NCBI GenBank assembly: GCA_035256305.1
Contig: DATEYH010000138.1
Coordinates: 1 to 37,343, forward strand
DNA: 37,343 nt
Origin: Candidatus Nanoarchaeia archaeon
Lineage (GTDB): Archaea; Nanobdellota; Nanobdellia; Woesearchaeales; SM23-78
Direction: 5' to 3'
This document shows, in pieces, positions 18,548-26,091 of the stretch. Every line of letters starts with the position of its first letter. The first letter of the stretch is position 1. A model generated the notes under the pieces. It was not told where the DNA came from, did no database searches, and worked only from the letters and a program-made list of their open reading frames with translations. The translations under genes and the position numbers were made by a program.

Positions 18548-19576
18548 CTAATTTCTAATTAGAACATCTCCATCAGAAATAGTTATTGCCTCCGCATCAT
18601 AATATGACCCATAAACATCTGAATAATACCTGAAATTAGGGTCAGAAACTAAAGTAGTTTCTATAGGACAATAAACTATATCCCCATACTTACGACCGCT
18701 TAAACATTTAACTCCTACAGAAGCATGGTCTGCTTCTTCAAACATAAGTAGAGCTGTTCCATAACCTAATTCTCTTAGAAGGTAAATAAGAAGCAGGCTT
18801 TTTTCTTCACACAAACCTCTTTGTTCATAAAGAACCTGGAAAGGATACTTTCTATCTAAAGAATAGTTTCCTTCATTCGTAAGCTCATTTTCTAAAATCA
18901 AAAGTTTCTTATAATCATAAGAAATATATTGCACTAGGTTAATTGCAATATCTGCTTGTTCGTCTCTATTTGGAGTCTGCTTTTTTATCTCGCTTAATAA
19001 TTCATTTAAAAATGGTCTTTGGGCTTCCTCATCAAGAAATTTATTATAAAAATTCCTTCCTTCCTCCTCAGAGTAACCTTCATAGAGGACAGGTCTACGT
19101 AACTGTTTTAAATATTCGTTTAACCCTCCATATACTGTGAAATTCATGTAATCCTTTTCACCCACACGCAATTTTATTGTTTTAGGATTCAATTTGAAAT
19201 TATACTCGCAGTTTTCACCAACTACAACCATTAAAGGAGGGCAACCACACTCGGAAGCTTTATTAACCAACCATCCATTTTCACAATATAAAGGCTTATT
19301 TCTTGAGCATTCTCCATATTTTGTTCCTTCTATTCTATACATAACATCATCAGCCCAATATACTACATCGTCAAGACATCTTTGACTTGAATAATACTCC
19401 TGTTGCTCAGTGATATTATCAGAAGAATTGTCTGTGCTTTCATTTTCAACATAAATTCCGTTTTGGCTATAATTTGTTGGCTTGGAATAATTATTAGTAA
19501 CAATTGTTCCTTGTAATGAAGGATTACATGAAGTAATAAAAAGAAGAATTACCAATAACAAAAACAGTTCTTTCAT
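18548..19576 (-). CDS. secreted transglutaminase-like cysteine protease-fold protein with N-terminal Cys-rich module
   Basis: Signal/lipobox MKELFLLLVILLFITSC. GECSRNKPLYCENGWLVNKASECGCPP is the same module as in 14970-17288. QRGLCEEKSLLLIYLLRELGY...HASVGV fits a transglutaminase-like Cys/His core. The tracked N-terminal 28 codons overlap the promoter module. Confidence 0.6.
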   Translation of the reverse strand: MKELFLLLVILLFITSCNPSLQGTIVTNNYSKPTNYSQNGIYVENESTDNSSDNITEQQEYYSSQRCLDDVVYWADDVMYRIEGTKYGECSRNKPLYCENGWLVNKASECGCPPLMVVVGENCEYNFKLNPKTIKLRVGEKDYMNFTVYGGLNEYLKQLRRPVLYEGYSEEEGRNFYNKFLDEEAQRPFLNELLSEIKKQTPNRDEQADIAINLVQYISYDYKKLLILENELTNEGNYSLDRKYPFQVLYEQRGLCEEKSLLLIYLLRELGYGTALLMFEEADHASVGVKCLSGRKYGDIVYCPIETTLVSDPNFRYYSDVYGSYYDAEAITISDGDVLIRN

Positions 19577-19604
19577 ATTATTGAATGTAAAGATAATCTT
19601 GAAT

Positions 19605-19624
19605 ATTAATGTTTTTTCGTTTTT
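19605..19624 (-). promoter_or_regulatory. shared promoter module copy 4
   Basis: ATTAATGTTTTTTCGTTTTT; TATA-like box ends 26 nt upstream of ATG 19576. Confidence 0.6.
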
Positions 19625-19628
19625 ACTC

Positions 19629-19802
19629 TTATTTTCTAGGTAATTGTATGGTTGGTTCAATTTCTTTAGCTTTTTTATAATCGTTCTCCGCGCCTTTTAA
19701 ATCGCCCATTCTTTGTTTTATGAGTCCTCTTTCAACATATGCATCAGCATAATCTGGCTTAATTTTTATACATTTATTTAGGTCCTTCAGATTATTCTTC
19801 AA
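19629..19802 (-). pseudogene. TPR-repeat fragment (about 57 codons, no ATG)
   Basis: Minus-strand frame reads ...LKDLNKCIKIKPDYADAYVERGLIKQRMGDLKGAENDYKKAKEIEPTIQLPRK*, a single TPR unit. An in-frame stop lies just upstream and only a TTG could start it. Confidence 0.35.
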
Positions 19803-20030
19803 ACTCCTATTAATTTCCTTATCAGTTTAATGCTTATTTCTTAATCTATGCTTTGTCAAGGACTTTTTGTAATGATTATTTGTCATTATGCTTTTCTCAC
19901 TTCAATAATCGTTATAAACAATATCATCTTTTTCTTTCTTTTATCGTCGAGTGTTCAAGAGGCAGCTTTGCAGGGTTCTAGCAATGTATGAATGTTAGCA
20001 TGGCTAGCCAGGGCCATGGAGGTTCGTATC

Positions 20031-20219
20031 ATGAAGAAGAAGGATATCATTAAGAAGTTGTGCTTGATTCAACGCCAGTTCAACAACGCAGTAGTCTTCC
20101 GCATCGGAATAAGGGACAACGGCAAGGTCATCGACATTATTAGCGCTGACAACACTTTCAGCAATAAGAATGAGCCTGAGCAGGAGCTTGAGCTCCAGCT
20201 GCCGGAATATATTGGGTGA
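20031..20219 (+). CDS. hypothetical protein (62 aa from ATG 20031)
   Basis: ORF only; competes with an antisense ORF (20004-20270). Confidence 0.3.
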   Translation: MKKKDIIKKLCLIQRQFNNAVVFRIGIRDNGKVIDIISADNTFSNKNEPEQELELQLPEYIG

Positions 20220-20429
20220 AACAATGAATAAGGAAGAAATACTCTGCAACAAGCTGTTCCTGGAGTTCACTAAGGAGTTATTGGAAGAATTGGAAGCGTA
20301 ATCCTTCCGCTTTTTGCTTTTCCTTTCCGAAAATTCATGATAGCATTATATAAAGGGGTTCTTTGATTAAGCCTGTATTAAGAATATTTAAAAACTGCGC
20401 TTCACTACAAGCAGTACAGAGGTGCTAGG

Positions 20430-20621
20430 ATGGATCAGAACTATGCCTTTTTCATGGAAACAGACATTTCTCCTTATGTTGGCAAGTGGATTGCCATTGC
20501 TGATGGAGAAATAGTTGCTTCTGGCGAGAATGTGAAGGAAGTCTTTAAGGAAGCTAGGAAAAAGACTAAGTCCAGGCCTCTCCTGACCAAGGTGCCAACG
20601 CAGGAAACCATGATTCTATAA
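20430..20621 (+). CDS. DUF5678-like small protein (partner of a retropepsin-like protease)
   Basis: VGKWIAIADGEIVASGENVKEV motif. GAGGTG 5 nt upstream of the ATG. Its stop lies 1 nt before the next gene's start. Confidence 0.6.
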   Translation: MDQNYAFFMETDISPYVGKWIAIADGEIVASGENVKEVFKEARKKTKSRPLLTKVPTQETMIL

Positions 20622-20622
20622 A

Positions 20623-21039
20623 ATGGCGCTTACCTTCAGGTATAAAGGTGTTAAGAGACCGCATGGAGTAGTCAAAACTCCAAGCATACCAATCACTTTT
20701 AAAGGCTTAACAGAAACAATCGAAGTAATTGCCTTGCTGGATTCAGGAGCTGACCTTTCTGCCATATCAAAAGACTTTGCTGAACTATTAGGGCTTGAGT
20801 TGACAGGCAAAAAAGAGCCTGTAAGAGGAATAGGCGGAGAAGTAGACGCTGTTGAGACTAAGACATGGATTTCTTTGGGCAAGGACAGGGAAAAATATAA
20901 CTTCCTCATACCGGTAAAGGTGCTTTTAACCAAGGATGATTTTGGCATCATTCTCGAAAGAGCAGGTTTCTTTGACAAGTTCCTGATAACCTTTGATGAA
21001 AGTAATGAAAAGGTAGTTCTGAAAAGAAGACAAGCATAA
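20623..21039 (+). CDS. retropepsin-like (clan AA) aspartic protease
   Basis: ALLDSGADLSAI contains the D-S-G-A active-site motif; size (138 aa) fits a single-lobe retropepsin that would dimerise. Confidence 0.7.
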   Translation: MALTFRYKGVKRPHGVVKTPSIPITFKGLTETIEVIALLDSGADLSAISKDFAELLGLELTGKKEPVRGIGGEVDAVETKTWISLGKDREKYNFLIPVKVLLTKDDFGIILERAGFFDKFLITFDESNEKVVLKRRQA

Positions 21040-21147
21040 GCAGAACGAGTTTGATTCTTAGTAAGAATTAGCCTCAAACTCCAATTAATTTTCTCGTAAA
21101 GTTTATATATCTGTATTACTCTTCGCTTCGTAACGGGGGTGTTTTGT

Positions 21148-21864
21148 ATGAATAAACTTGTTTTGTTCGGAGCATTTGTTCTTGCATTATTGTTCATTGG
21201 TGGTTGCGGTCAGAAGTCAACGACAGGCACATTGGTTCTTGAACTGACTGATGCACCAGCTAATTATGAGAAGGTTGAGGTCACGATTTCTAGCGTGATG
21301 GTTCACCTGGGCTCTGAGGATGAGAACTCTACGCAGGGCTGGTTCAGTGTTGTTGAGACGCCTCAGACTTTTGACTTGATAGCAGTCAAGGATGTGAATG
21401 CTTTCCTTGGAAGCACTGTATTGGAGCCTGGCAGGTATACTCAGGTCAGGCTTAGTGTTGACCAGGCAAAGGTCACTGTTGATGGCACAGAGTATGACGT
21501 TAAGGTTCCTTCTAAGATTGTGAAGCTTATCAGAGGCTTTACTATTGAGGCTAATAAGACAACCACCTTGACCCTTGACTTTGACGCTCAGAAGTCAGTG
21601 CATAAGACTAGCAAGGACAATTATAGCATGAGGCCTACGATAATGATACTGCAGGAAGGAGAAGAAGCTGTAGAGCCTGTATGCTTTGCAACTGTCAGCA
21701 CTTCAGCAGAAGCAGCTAATCATGTGCACGTGTGGTGCGAAGAAGACGAGTACACAGCTGATTATTGCAATGATGAAGAGGTATGCCATACCCACCTGTT
21801 GAACGAGGCAGGAAACCTTGCAGAAGCAGCAGGAGCAGGACCTCACACTCATGCGCTGAAATAA
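21148..21864 (+). CDS. DUF4382-like lipoprotein with His/Cys-rich C-terminal tail
   Basis: Lipobox FIGGCG. LVLELTDAP...FDLIAVKD...PGRYTQVRLSV...VKVPSKIVKL...LTLDFDAQKSV pattern. Tail HVHVWCEEDEYTADYCNDEEVCHTH...PHTH. GGGGGTG 7 nt upstream of ATG 21148. Confidence 0.6.
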   Translation: MNKLVLFGAFVLALLFIGGCGQKSTTGTLVLELTDAPANYEKVEVTISSVMVHLGSEDENSTQGWFSVVETPQTFDLIAVKDVNAFLGSTVLEPGRYTQVRLSVDQAKVTVDGTEYDVKVPSKIVKLIRGFTIEANKTTTLTLDFDAQKSVHKTSKDNYSMRPTIMILQEGEEAVEPVCFATVSTSAEAANHVHVWCEEDEYTADYCNDEEVCHTHLLNEAGNLAEAAGAGPHTHALK

Positions 21865-21942
21865 ATTTTTTTATTCTTTCTTTTTGCTAACATTTAAATA
21901 ATCAGAGCAATATTCTTTCTTTGCTTTTGCGAGGTGGTTTTT

Positions 21943-22152
21943 ATGGCAGCTAAGAAGGTTGTTAAGGAAGATAAGTGTTGCACAACAGGTGCTAGAATGC
22001 AGTGCGGCGGAGGCGCTGTTTACGGGCTTGGCTTTATTGGCGCAGCAATATATTACATCTCCACTGCCACTGGCTTCTGGATGGGAGTATTGGGCTTCTT
22101 GAAAGCGATTGTCTGGCCTGCCTTCCTGGTTTATCAGTTATTAGGCTTGTGA
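21943..22152 (+). CDS. small membrane protein with N-terminal CC..C motif
   Basis: MAAKKVVKEDKCCTTGARMQCGGG followed by two Gly/Ala-rich hydrophobic helices. Confidence 0.45.
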   Translation: MAAKKVVKEDKCCTTGARMQCGGGAVYGLGFIGAAIYYISTATGFWMGVLGFLKAIVWPAFLVYQLLGL

Positions 22153-22217
22153 GACTTCCGTAATCCTTCCGCCTTTTCATAACATTTAAATAGCAAGAAA
22201 ACTGCTTTTAACCTGAA

Positions 22218-22571
22218 ATGAGTTCAACCAAAGTGCAGGTTAAGAATTATCTTGGCAGCTCTTTTGTCACTCAGCACAGTGTTTACAAGATCTCTAAGGA
22301 CGGAAGGTTCGAGGGCAGGCCGAGCATTGAAGGAGCTGAGCTAGAGCTTATAGGAGGCCTTGAAAAAAAGTTTCGCGAAGCTGCTATTGAATACCTTAAC
22401 ACTTCAATGCCTGAGCTTAAGGAAAAACTTGACTTATTAATCAAGGAGAAAGGACAAAAGATTAAGCCAGGGCTTATAGTGGTGGCAAGCCTTACTTCTG
22501 AGTATGTTGAGAAGAAGCAAAGGCACGGGATTGTCACAAGCACTGTCAAGGATGTTTTTTATGTTAATTAG
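22218..22571 (+). CDS. hypothetical protein (117 aa)
   Basis: ORF only. Confidence 0.4.
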   Translation: MSSTKVQVKNYLGSSFVTQHSVYKISKDGRFEGRPSIEGAELELIGGLEKKFREAAIEYLNTSMPELKEKLDLLIKEKGQKIKPGLIVVASLTSEYVEKKQRHGIVTSTVKDVFYVN

Positions 22572-22836
22572 AAAGCTGGAGGCAAGGATAAACCTCAAAC
22601 TCCAATTAAAAAATATAACCAGCCAGGAAGAATAAACAAAAGCCAGTGGTACCATGCTGGAAAAGAACGCATAATCCTAGTCATGCTTAATAATCTGCAT
22701 ACTTAATGACCTGATGCCGGTTCCTCCTATGCATTTCCATTTTCCACCACCACTTATCCAGCCCGACATCACCCATTTTCATCACCTAACTTTTTCATCA
22801 CTTTCATACATATAATCTAATCTTGTTTTCCACATC

Positions 22837-22971
22837 TTAACTCACCTTAACATCTTTCTCAATCTTTCCGCTGCTATTCATCATCCTTGACCAAAAACTA
22901 TTGCAGACCTCCTCTCTATTAAAATAGGCCACTCCTAACTCAATTTCTCCTTGCTTCTTATCTTGTAACAT
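22837..22971 (-). CDS. micro-ORF (44 aa), first of three coupled micro-ORFs
   Basis: GAGGTGA 6 nt upstream of the ATG. Followed by a 17-codon ORF (22782-22835, AAGGTGA upstream) and a 31-codon ORF (22687-22782, TGATG stop/start overlap). Confidence 0.3.
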   Translation of the reverse strand: MLQDKKQGEIELGVAYFNREEVCNSFWSRMMNSSGKIEKDVKVS

Positions 22972-23007
22972 TTTCGTCACCTCTAATCACTCTAACTATT
23001 AATGGTT

Positions 23008-23031
23008 GGGGCAGGTTATTCTCTCTGCCCC
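23008..23031 (-). terminator. GC-rich hairpin (GGGGCAG-N10-CTGCCCC)
   Basis: 7-bp perfect stem, the only GC-rich hairpin in this AT-rich spacer, downstream of the zinc-ribbon ORF. Confidence 0.3.
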
Positions 23032-23104
23032 AAAATTTACTCAGTTCTAATCATTCAATCTCCTTCTATTCCTACCTCCTTTTCAAACAACGTCATTATA
23101 CGGG

Positions 23105-23230
23105 TCAAACAAAGTCCACGCACGGTCTTTCACAATAAGGGCATATGGGCGTAAGTCCAAGAATTTTTACCATACCTCCAATTTGCTTATTACAATGCTT
23201 ACAAATCATTGTCCTTGTTGTTTTAACCAT
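23105..23230 (-). CDS. zinc-ribbon mini-protein (41 aa, MVKTTRTMICKHCNKQIGGMVKILGLTPICPYCERPCVDFV)
   Basis: Two CxxC pairs; below the ORF-track cutoff. Confidence 0.4.
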   Translation of the reverse strand: MVKTTRTMICKHCNKQIGGMVKILGLTPICPYCERPCVDFV

Positions 23231-23389
23231 ATACTAACTTAGGATTAGCAAGTATAACTACCTGTGGTAGTAGAAATTATCTGAAAAGCCTTAAGGAGTA
23301 GTTATTTACCAAAAATCAAACAATACCTCTTAATTCAGTTTGAGGTTTTACTTCGCTTATTTGATTACAAAAAAAGCATACCTCGTTGT

Positions 23390-23612
23390 TTACAGCGAGG
23401 ATTGGTTTCCTTTTTTTGGATCAACAAAAGCTTTGCTTTTGAGCGCCAAAACAAAGTTTTGAGCGCAACAACCTCGCTTAATGCTTTTTTTGTACCAACA
23501 AAAGCTCTGCTTTTGAGTGCCAAAAAGCTTCGCTTTTTGAGCACAACATACCTTGCCCTTTAGGGCGAGGTTGTTGATTTTTGGAAATAATTCAGCCCGA
23601 AGGCCGAAATTA
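23390..23612 (-). repeat. cluster of four A/T-foot hairpin modules plus a 12-bp long-range inverted repeat and a UUCG-capped hairpin, in the 3' flank of the Lrp-like gene
   Basis: Units at 23424-23446, 23447-23466, 23499-23521 and 23521-23544 (minus-strand reading GCTCAAAAGC-loop-GCTTTTG-TTG). Inverted repeat 23466-23477 / 23565-23576. Hairpin 23586-23616. Confidence 0.7.
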
Positions 23613-24164
23613 TTTATCCAAGAAAAAATCATTTGATAAAGCTTCTTCAGGGTTAAGAATCGTGTTCAACAGGCCGATATGATTTGTTTTGATAATCCTA
23701 TCAACTGAAAAAGGGTAGACATTCACTATTTCAATCTCTTTTGAATATTTGCTTTGCAGCCTCATCAGGTACCTGTCCTTATCGTCAATATTCTTAAAGC
23801 CCATGACCAGCAAATGGGAGATTCTTGATTCAGGGACACGATACGCGATTATCACCTGCGGAATTTTTAGTATTTTTTCAGCGATCTCCTCCTCTGAATA
23901 CTTGTTCCAAATATACTGGGTAAACCTTACGCCTAAAACAACCAATGCCTCAATCCCAATTTTTTTATAATCAATGATAGGCATATACCCCCTTATTATC
24001 CCTACCTTCTCAAGCTTATGCCTGATCTTGAAGATTGCTTGCTGGGAGAGCCCCATCTTATGGGCGATTTCCAAATCAGGTATTTTGGCCTGCTCAATAA
24101 TCTTTTTCAGAACTTTTTGCTCGTTTCTTGTTAATTTAGGAAAGTTAACATCGGGCTTTTCCAT
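23610..24164 (-). CDS. Lrp/AsnC-like HTH transcriptional regulator
   Basis: N-terminal LTRNEQKVLKKIIEQAKIPDLEIAHKMGLSQQAIFKIRHKLEKVGIIRGY (winged-HTH AsnC type) plus a C-terminal alpha/beta domain. TTTATATA about 23 nt upstream of the ATG. Confidence 0.7.
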   Translation of the reverse strand: MEKPDVNFPKLTRNEQKVLKKIIEQAKIPDLEIAHKMGLSQQAIFKIRHKLEKVGIIRGYMPIIDYKKIGIEALVVLGVRFTQYIWNKYSEEEIAEKILKIPQVIIAYRVPESRISHLLVMGFKNIDDKDRYLMRLQSKYSKEIEIVNVYPFSVDRIIKTNHIGLLNTILNPEEALSNDFFLDK

Positions 24165-24230
24165 GCCAATAGTGAAGGCAGCATTCTATATAAATGTTCT
24201 TAATGCGGCAGTTAACCATAGAAGGAAAAG

Positions 24231-24359
24231 CGCCACGGCCCGGACTTTCAATGAAACTTAATCTCTCAGTTTCTTCTTTGAACCAGGAATTCCTTGCGGA
24301 ACCAGCTTTCCAGCTTAATGCCTCAAGGCTGGCGCACTACCAGATTATGCGACCGTGGC
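24231..24359 (-). tRNA. tRNA-Ser(UGA), class II, with two introns (14 nt at 37/38, 24308-24321; 32 nt in the T-loop at 59/60, 24245-24276)
   Basis: Hand fold: acceptor GCCACGG/CCGUGGC, discriminator G, D arm GCAU/GUGC, anticodon stem CCAGC/GCUGG, loop CUUGAG-A, long variable arm UUCC-GCAA-GGAA, T arm CCUGG/CCGGG with loop UUCAAA-U after splicing. Confidence 0.75.
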
Positions 24360-24540
24360 AAAAAAATTTTATTTTTTTGGACGTTCGCATACTCAAAAAT
24401 TGTAAATGAATTTTGTTGTACGCCTTTTTTAGGCGTGCTCAAAAATTGTGAAACAATTTTTGTTGTATGCGACCGTGGCACGAAGTGCTAGGTTGCATTC
24501 AGAAATTTGGAACAAATTTCTGTTATGCGACCGTGGCAAG
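24360..24540 (-). repeat. 5' leader of tRNA-Ser with two extra copies of tRNA nt 1-14 (GCCACGGUCGCAUA), one imperfect inverted copy and four hairpins
   Basis: Plus-strand TATGCGACCGTGGCA at 24346, 24466 and 24524. Hairpins CAGAAATTTG/CAAATTTCTG, CAAAAATTG/CAATTTTTG, ACGCC/GGCGT, CAAAAATT/AATTTTG. Inverted copy GGACGTTCGCATA at 24379-24391. Confidence 0.8.
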
Positions 24541-24594
24541 TCTGATAATATAACAGAACCATAACAACTTTTTAAATGTTTATCTTTTCTTGGC

Positions 24595-24927
24595 TCACCA
24601 CTCACCGACGCGGACATTAGCATATATCGAGCTTATTCCTTTCTTCCTGAAGGCTCTAAGCCTCGATATGCCGTCCTCAACCCTGAACTCCTCTCTTTGG
24701 GCGTGAAGCACAATCCTGATAGGGGGTATAGAAAACGGGTTTTTGCCTGCATCAAGCCAAGAAAGCACTTTTTTCTCCTTTGCATCCTGCCAGTCATTCG
24801 ACCTGTAAACTTTGTCCAAGTCATATTTTCCAAGATGATGTAAAATGTAGCTAACACTCATCTTAAAAGTGACAGACTTGTAGTTTCGCCTTAACCATGG
24901 CTTTCTCATGTAAGTGAATAATCCCAT
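24595..24927 (-). CDS. ParB N-terminal-like (sulfiredoxin-fold) domain protein
   Basis: IPPIRIVLHAQREEFRVEDGISRLRAFRKKGISSIYANV resembles the ParB-N nuclease/NTPase core (PPI..., DGxxR, G...I.A.V). Confidence 0.5.
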   Translation of the reverse strand: MGLFTYMRKPWLRRNYKSVTFKMSVSYILHHLGKYDLDKVYRSNDWQDAKEKKVLSWLDAGKNPFSIPPIRIVLHAQREEFRVEDGISRLRAFRKKGISSIYANVRVGEW

Positions 24928-24936
24928 TTTTAGAAC

Positions 24937-25443
24937 TCACACAGCATACTTGAACATGTTAAGGTAAGATTTTATCTCTTCCTGGACTTCCTGGGCGTCC
25001 TTGACAAGCTCTGCCTCGTACCTGTCAGTGTAAGACCTGTAAATGAACTTGTCAACAATAGCCCTGTAGAAGAAATAAGCAGGGCGGGATTCCCATCTTC
25101 CCTCATAATCAGTCACGAGTATGGCGTCAAAGGTGAAGTTCGCGCTGCCCTTGAGAAGCTTTTGCTTTACCCCTTGCAGCTCAACCTCAACCTCTTTAAG
25201 GTTTTCAAAAACAACAAAAACCCTCATCTCTAGCTTGTAATAATCACTAACCTTCTTATAAGGAATCAGCTCAAAAATTATCTTTTTGCCGTCCTCATAA
25301 ACCTCCTCGTAGTTCTTGTTCTCCCACATGTCATAGCCGTGCTCATTGAACCATTTAACAATAGTCCTGAACAAGTCTTTCAGATTAAACAAGCCCTCAA
25401 AGGAGACGAACTTGTCCTGGTAAACAATCTTCTTCTCAGCCAT
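24937..25443 (-). CDS. uncharacterised protein, paralog B
   Basis: 168 aa from ATG 25443 (GAGG about 8 nt upstream). Colinear similarity to the 25505-26029 product (F-x-G-L-[FY]...W..., K-x-V-x-[DE]-Y-Y, C-terminal acidic helix). Confidence 0.5.
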   Translation of the reverse strand: MAEKKIVYQDKFVSFEGLFNLKDLFRTIVKWFNEHGYDMWENKNYEEVYEDGKKIIFELIPYKKVSDYYKLEMRVFVVFENLKEVEVELQGVKQKLLKGSANFTFDAILVTDYEGRWESRPAYFFYRAIVDKFIYRSYTDRYEAELVKDAQEVQEEIKSYLNMFKYAV

Positions 25444-25504
25444 GGCAAACCTCTTTTTGTTGGAGTATTTATACTCCAATTCAAAAATCTTTAGTTTTTG
25501 TTAA

Positions 25505-26029
25505 CTAGCCTACTCCACTAGCATCTGCTTCTATTTTTAAAAACTTTTTTATTTCTGCCTCAAGCCTGTGCAAGTCCTTGTCAAAAGGGTCAATATAATT
25601 TATCTCCAGCTCATTCTTCAAGACGACCTTGCTAAGGAACATCTCCATGAGCTTGTGCACAGTATTATCTGGCTTGTAACGCTTCTGCCAGTCAGTTATG
25701 ACCGCGCCCTCTATCTTGATATCAATCCTTCCGTGCATCTTCATCACCTGGCGGCCATTCTCCACCACAGGCACCTCCCTTGACTCCCACAAATGATAAT
25801 GCACTTCCGCCCTGTACTGATAGTACTCTGTGACCTCCTTCTCCCCCCAGACATCCACCTCAAGCTCATTCCCAAGCGCAGTGTCTATCTTGTCCTTGTA
25901 GCGCTTCTCATGCACCCTGAACTGGCGCTTCAGCATCCAATTCCAGACAAAGCGATAAAGCCCTTCCCAGTCAAAATAGCCCTTGTAGCGAATCTTCAGT
26001 GGAGCTGGAAAAACATCCTTTTTATTCAT
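25505..26029 (-). CDS. uncharacterised protein, paralog A
   Basis: 174 aa; see paralog B. No signal peptide and no known motif. Confidence 0.5.
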   Translation of the reverse strand: MNKKDVFPAPLKIRYKGYFDWEGLYRFVWNWMLKRQFRVHEKRYKDKIDTALGNELEVDVWGEKEVTEYYQYRAEVHYHLWESREVPVVENGRQVMKMHGRIDIKIEGAVITDWQKRYKPDNTVHKLMEMFLSKVVLKNELEINYIDPFDKDLHRLEAEIKKFLKIEADASGVG

Positions 26030-26091
26030 AATAATATTCCTCTGCCAAGATGATTATTTAAAGGTTGCGCTTAAAACTTTCATAAGCTTGC

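Noticed and set aside
20616-21197. 193-aa minus-strand ORF
   Set aside because: It is antisense to the retropepsin-like protease, which has a clear DSGA active-site motif and translational coupling to the upstream gene.
23390-23632. 80-aa minus-strand ORF
   Set aside because: It is translated from the tandem hairpin repeat cluster, giving a low-complexity repetitive peptide with no start context.
24238-24252. GAAAGUCCGGGC, identical to the RNase P RNA CR-I core
   Set aside because: The flanking sequence has no other RNase P elements. The match is produced by the tRNA-Ser T-loop intron end plus the T stem.
24346-24540. Possible small CRISPR array (15-nt repeat TATGCGACCGTGGCA x3)
   Set aside because: The repeat is the reverse complement of the tRNA-Ser 5' end. 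Spacing is irregular (58 and 120 nt), the repeat is too short, the intervening sequences are themselves hairpin repeats, and no cas genes are nearby.
24194-24623. Three ORFs of 64-71 aa (24194-24409, 24294-24491, 24429-24623)
   Set aside because: They overlap tRNA-Ser and its repeat-filled leader.
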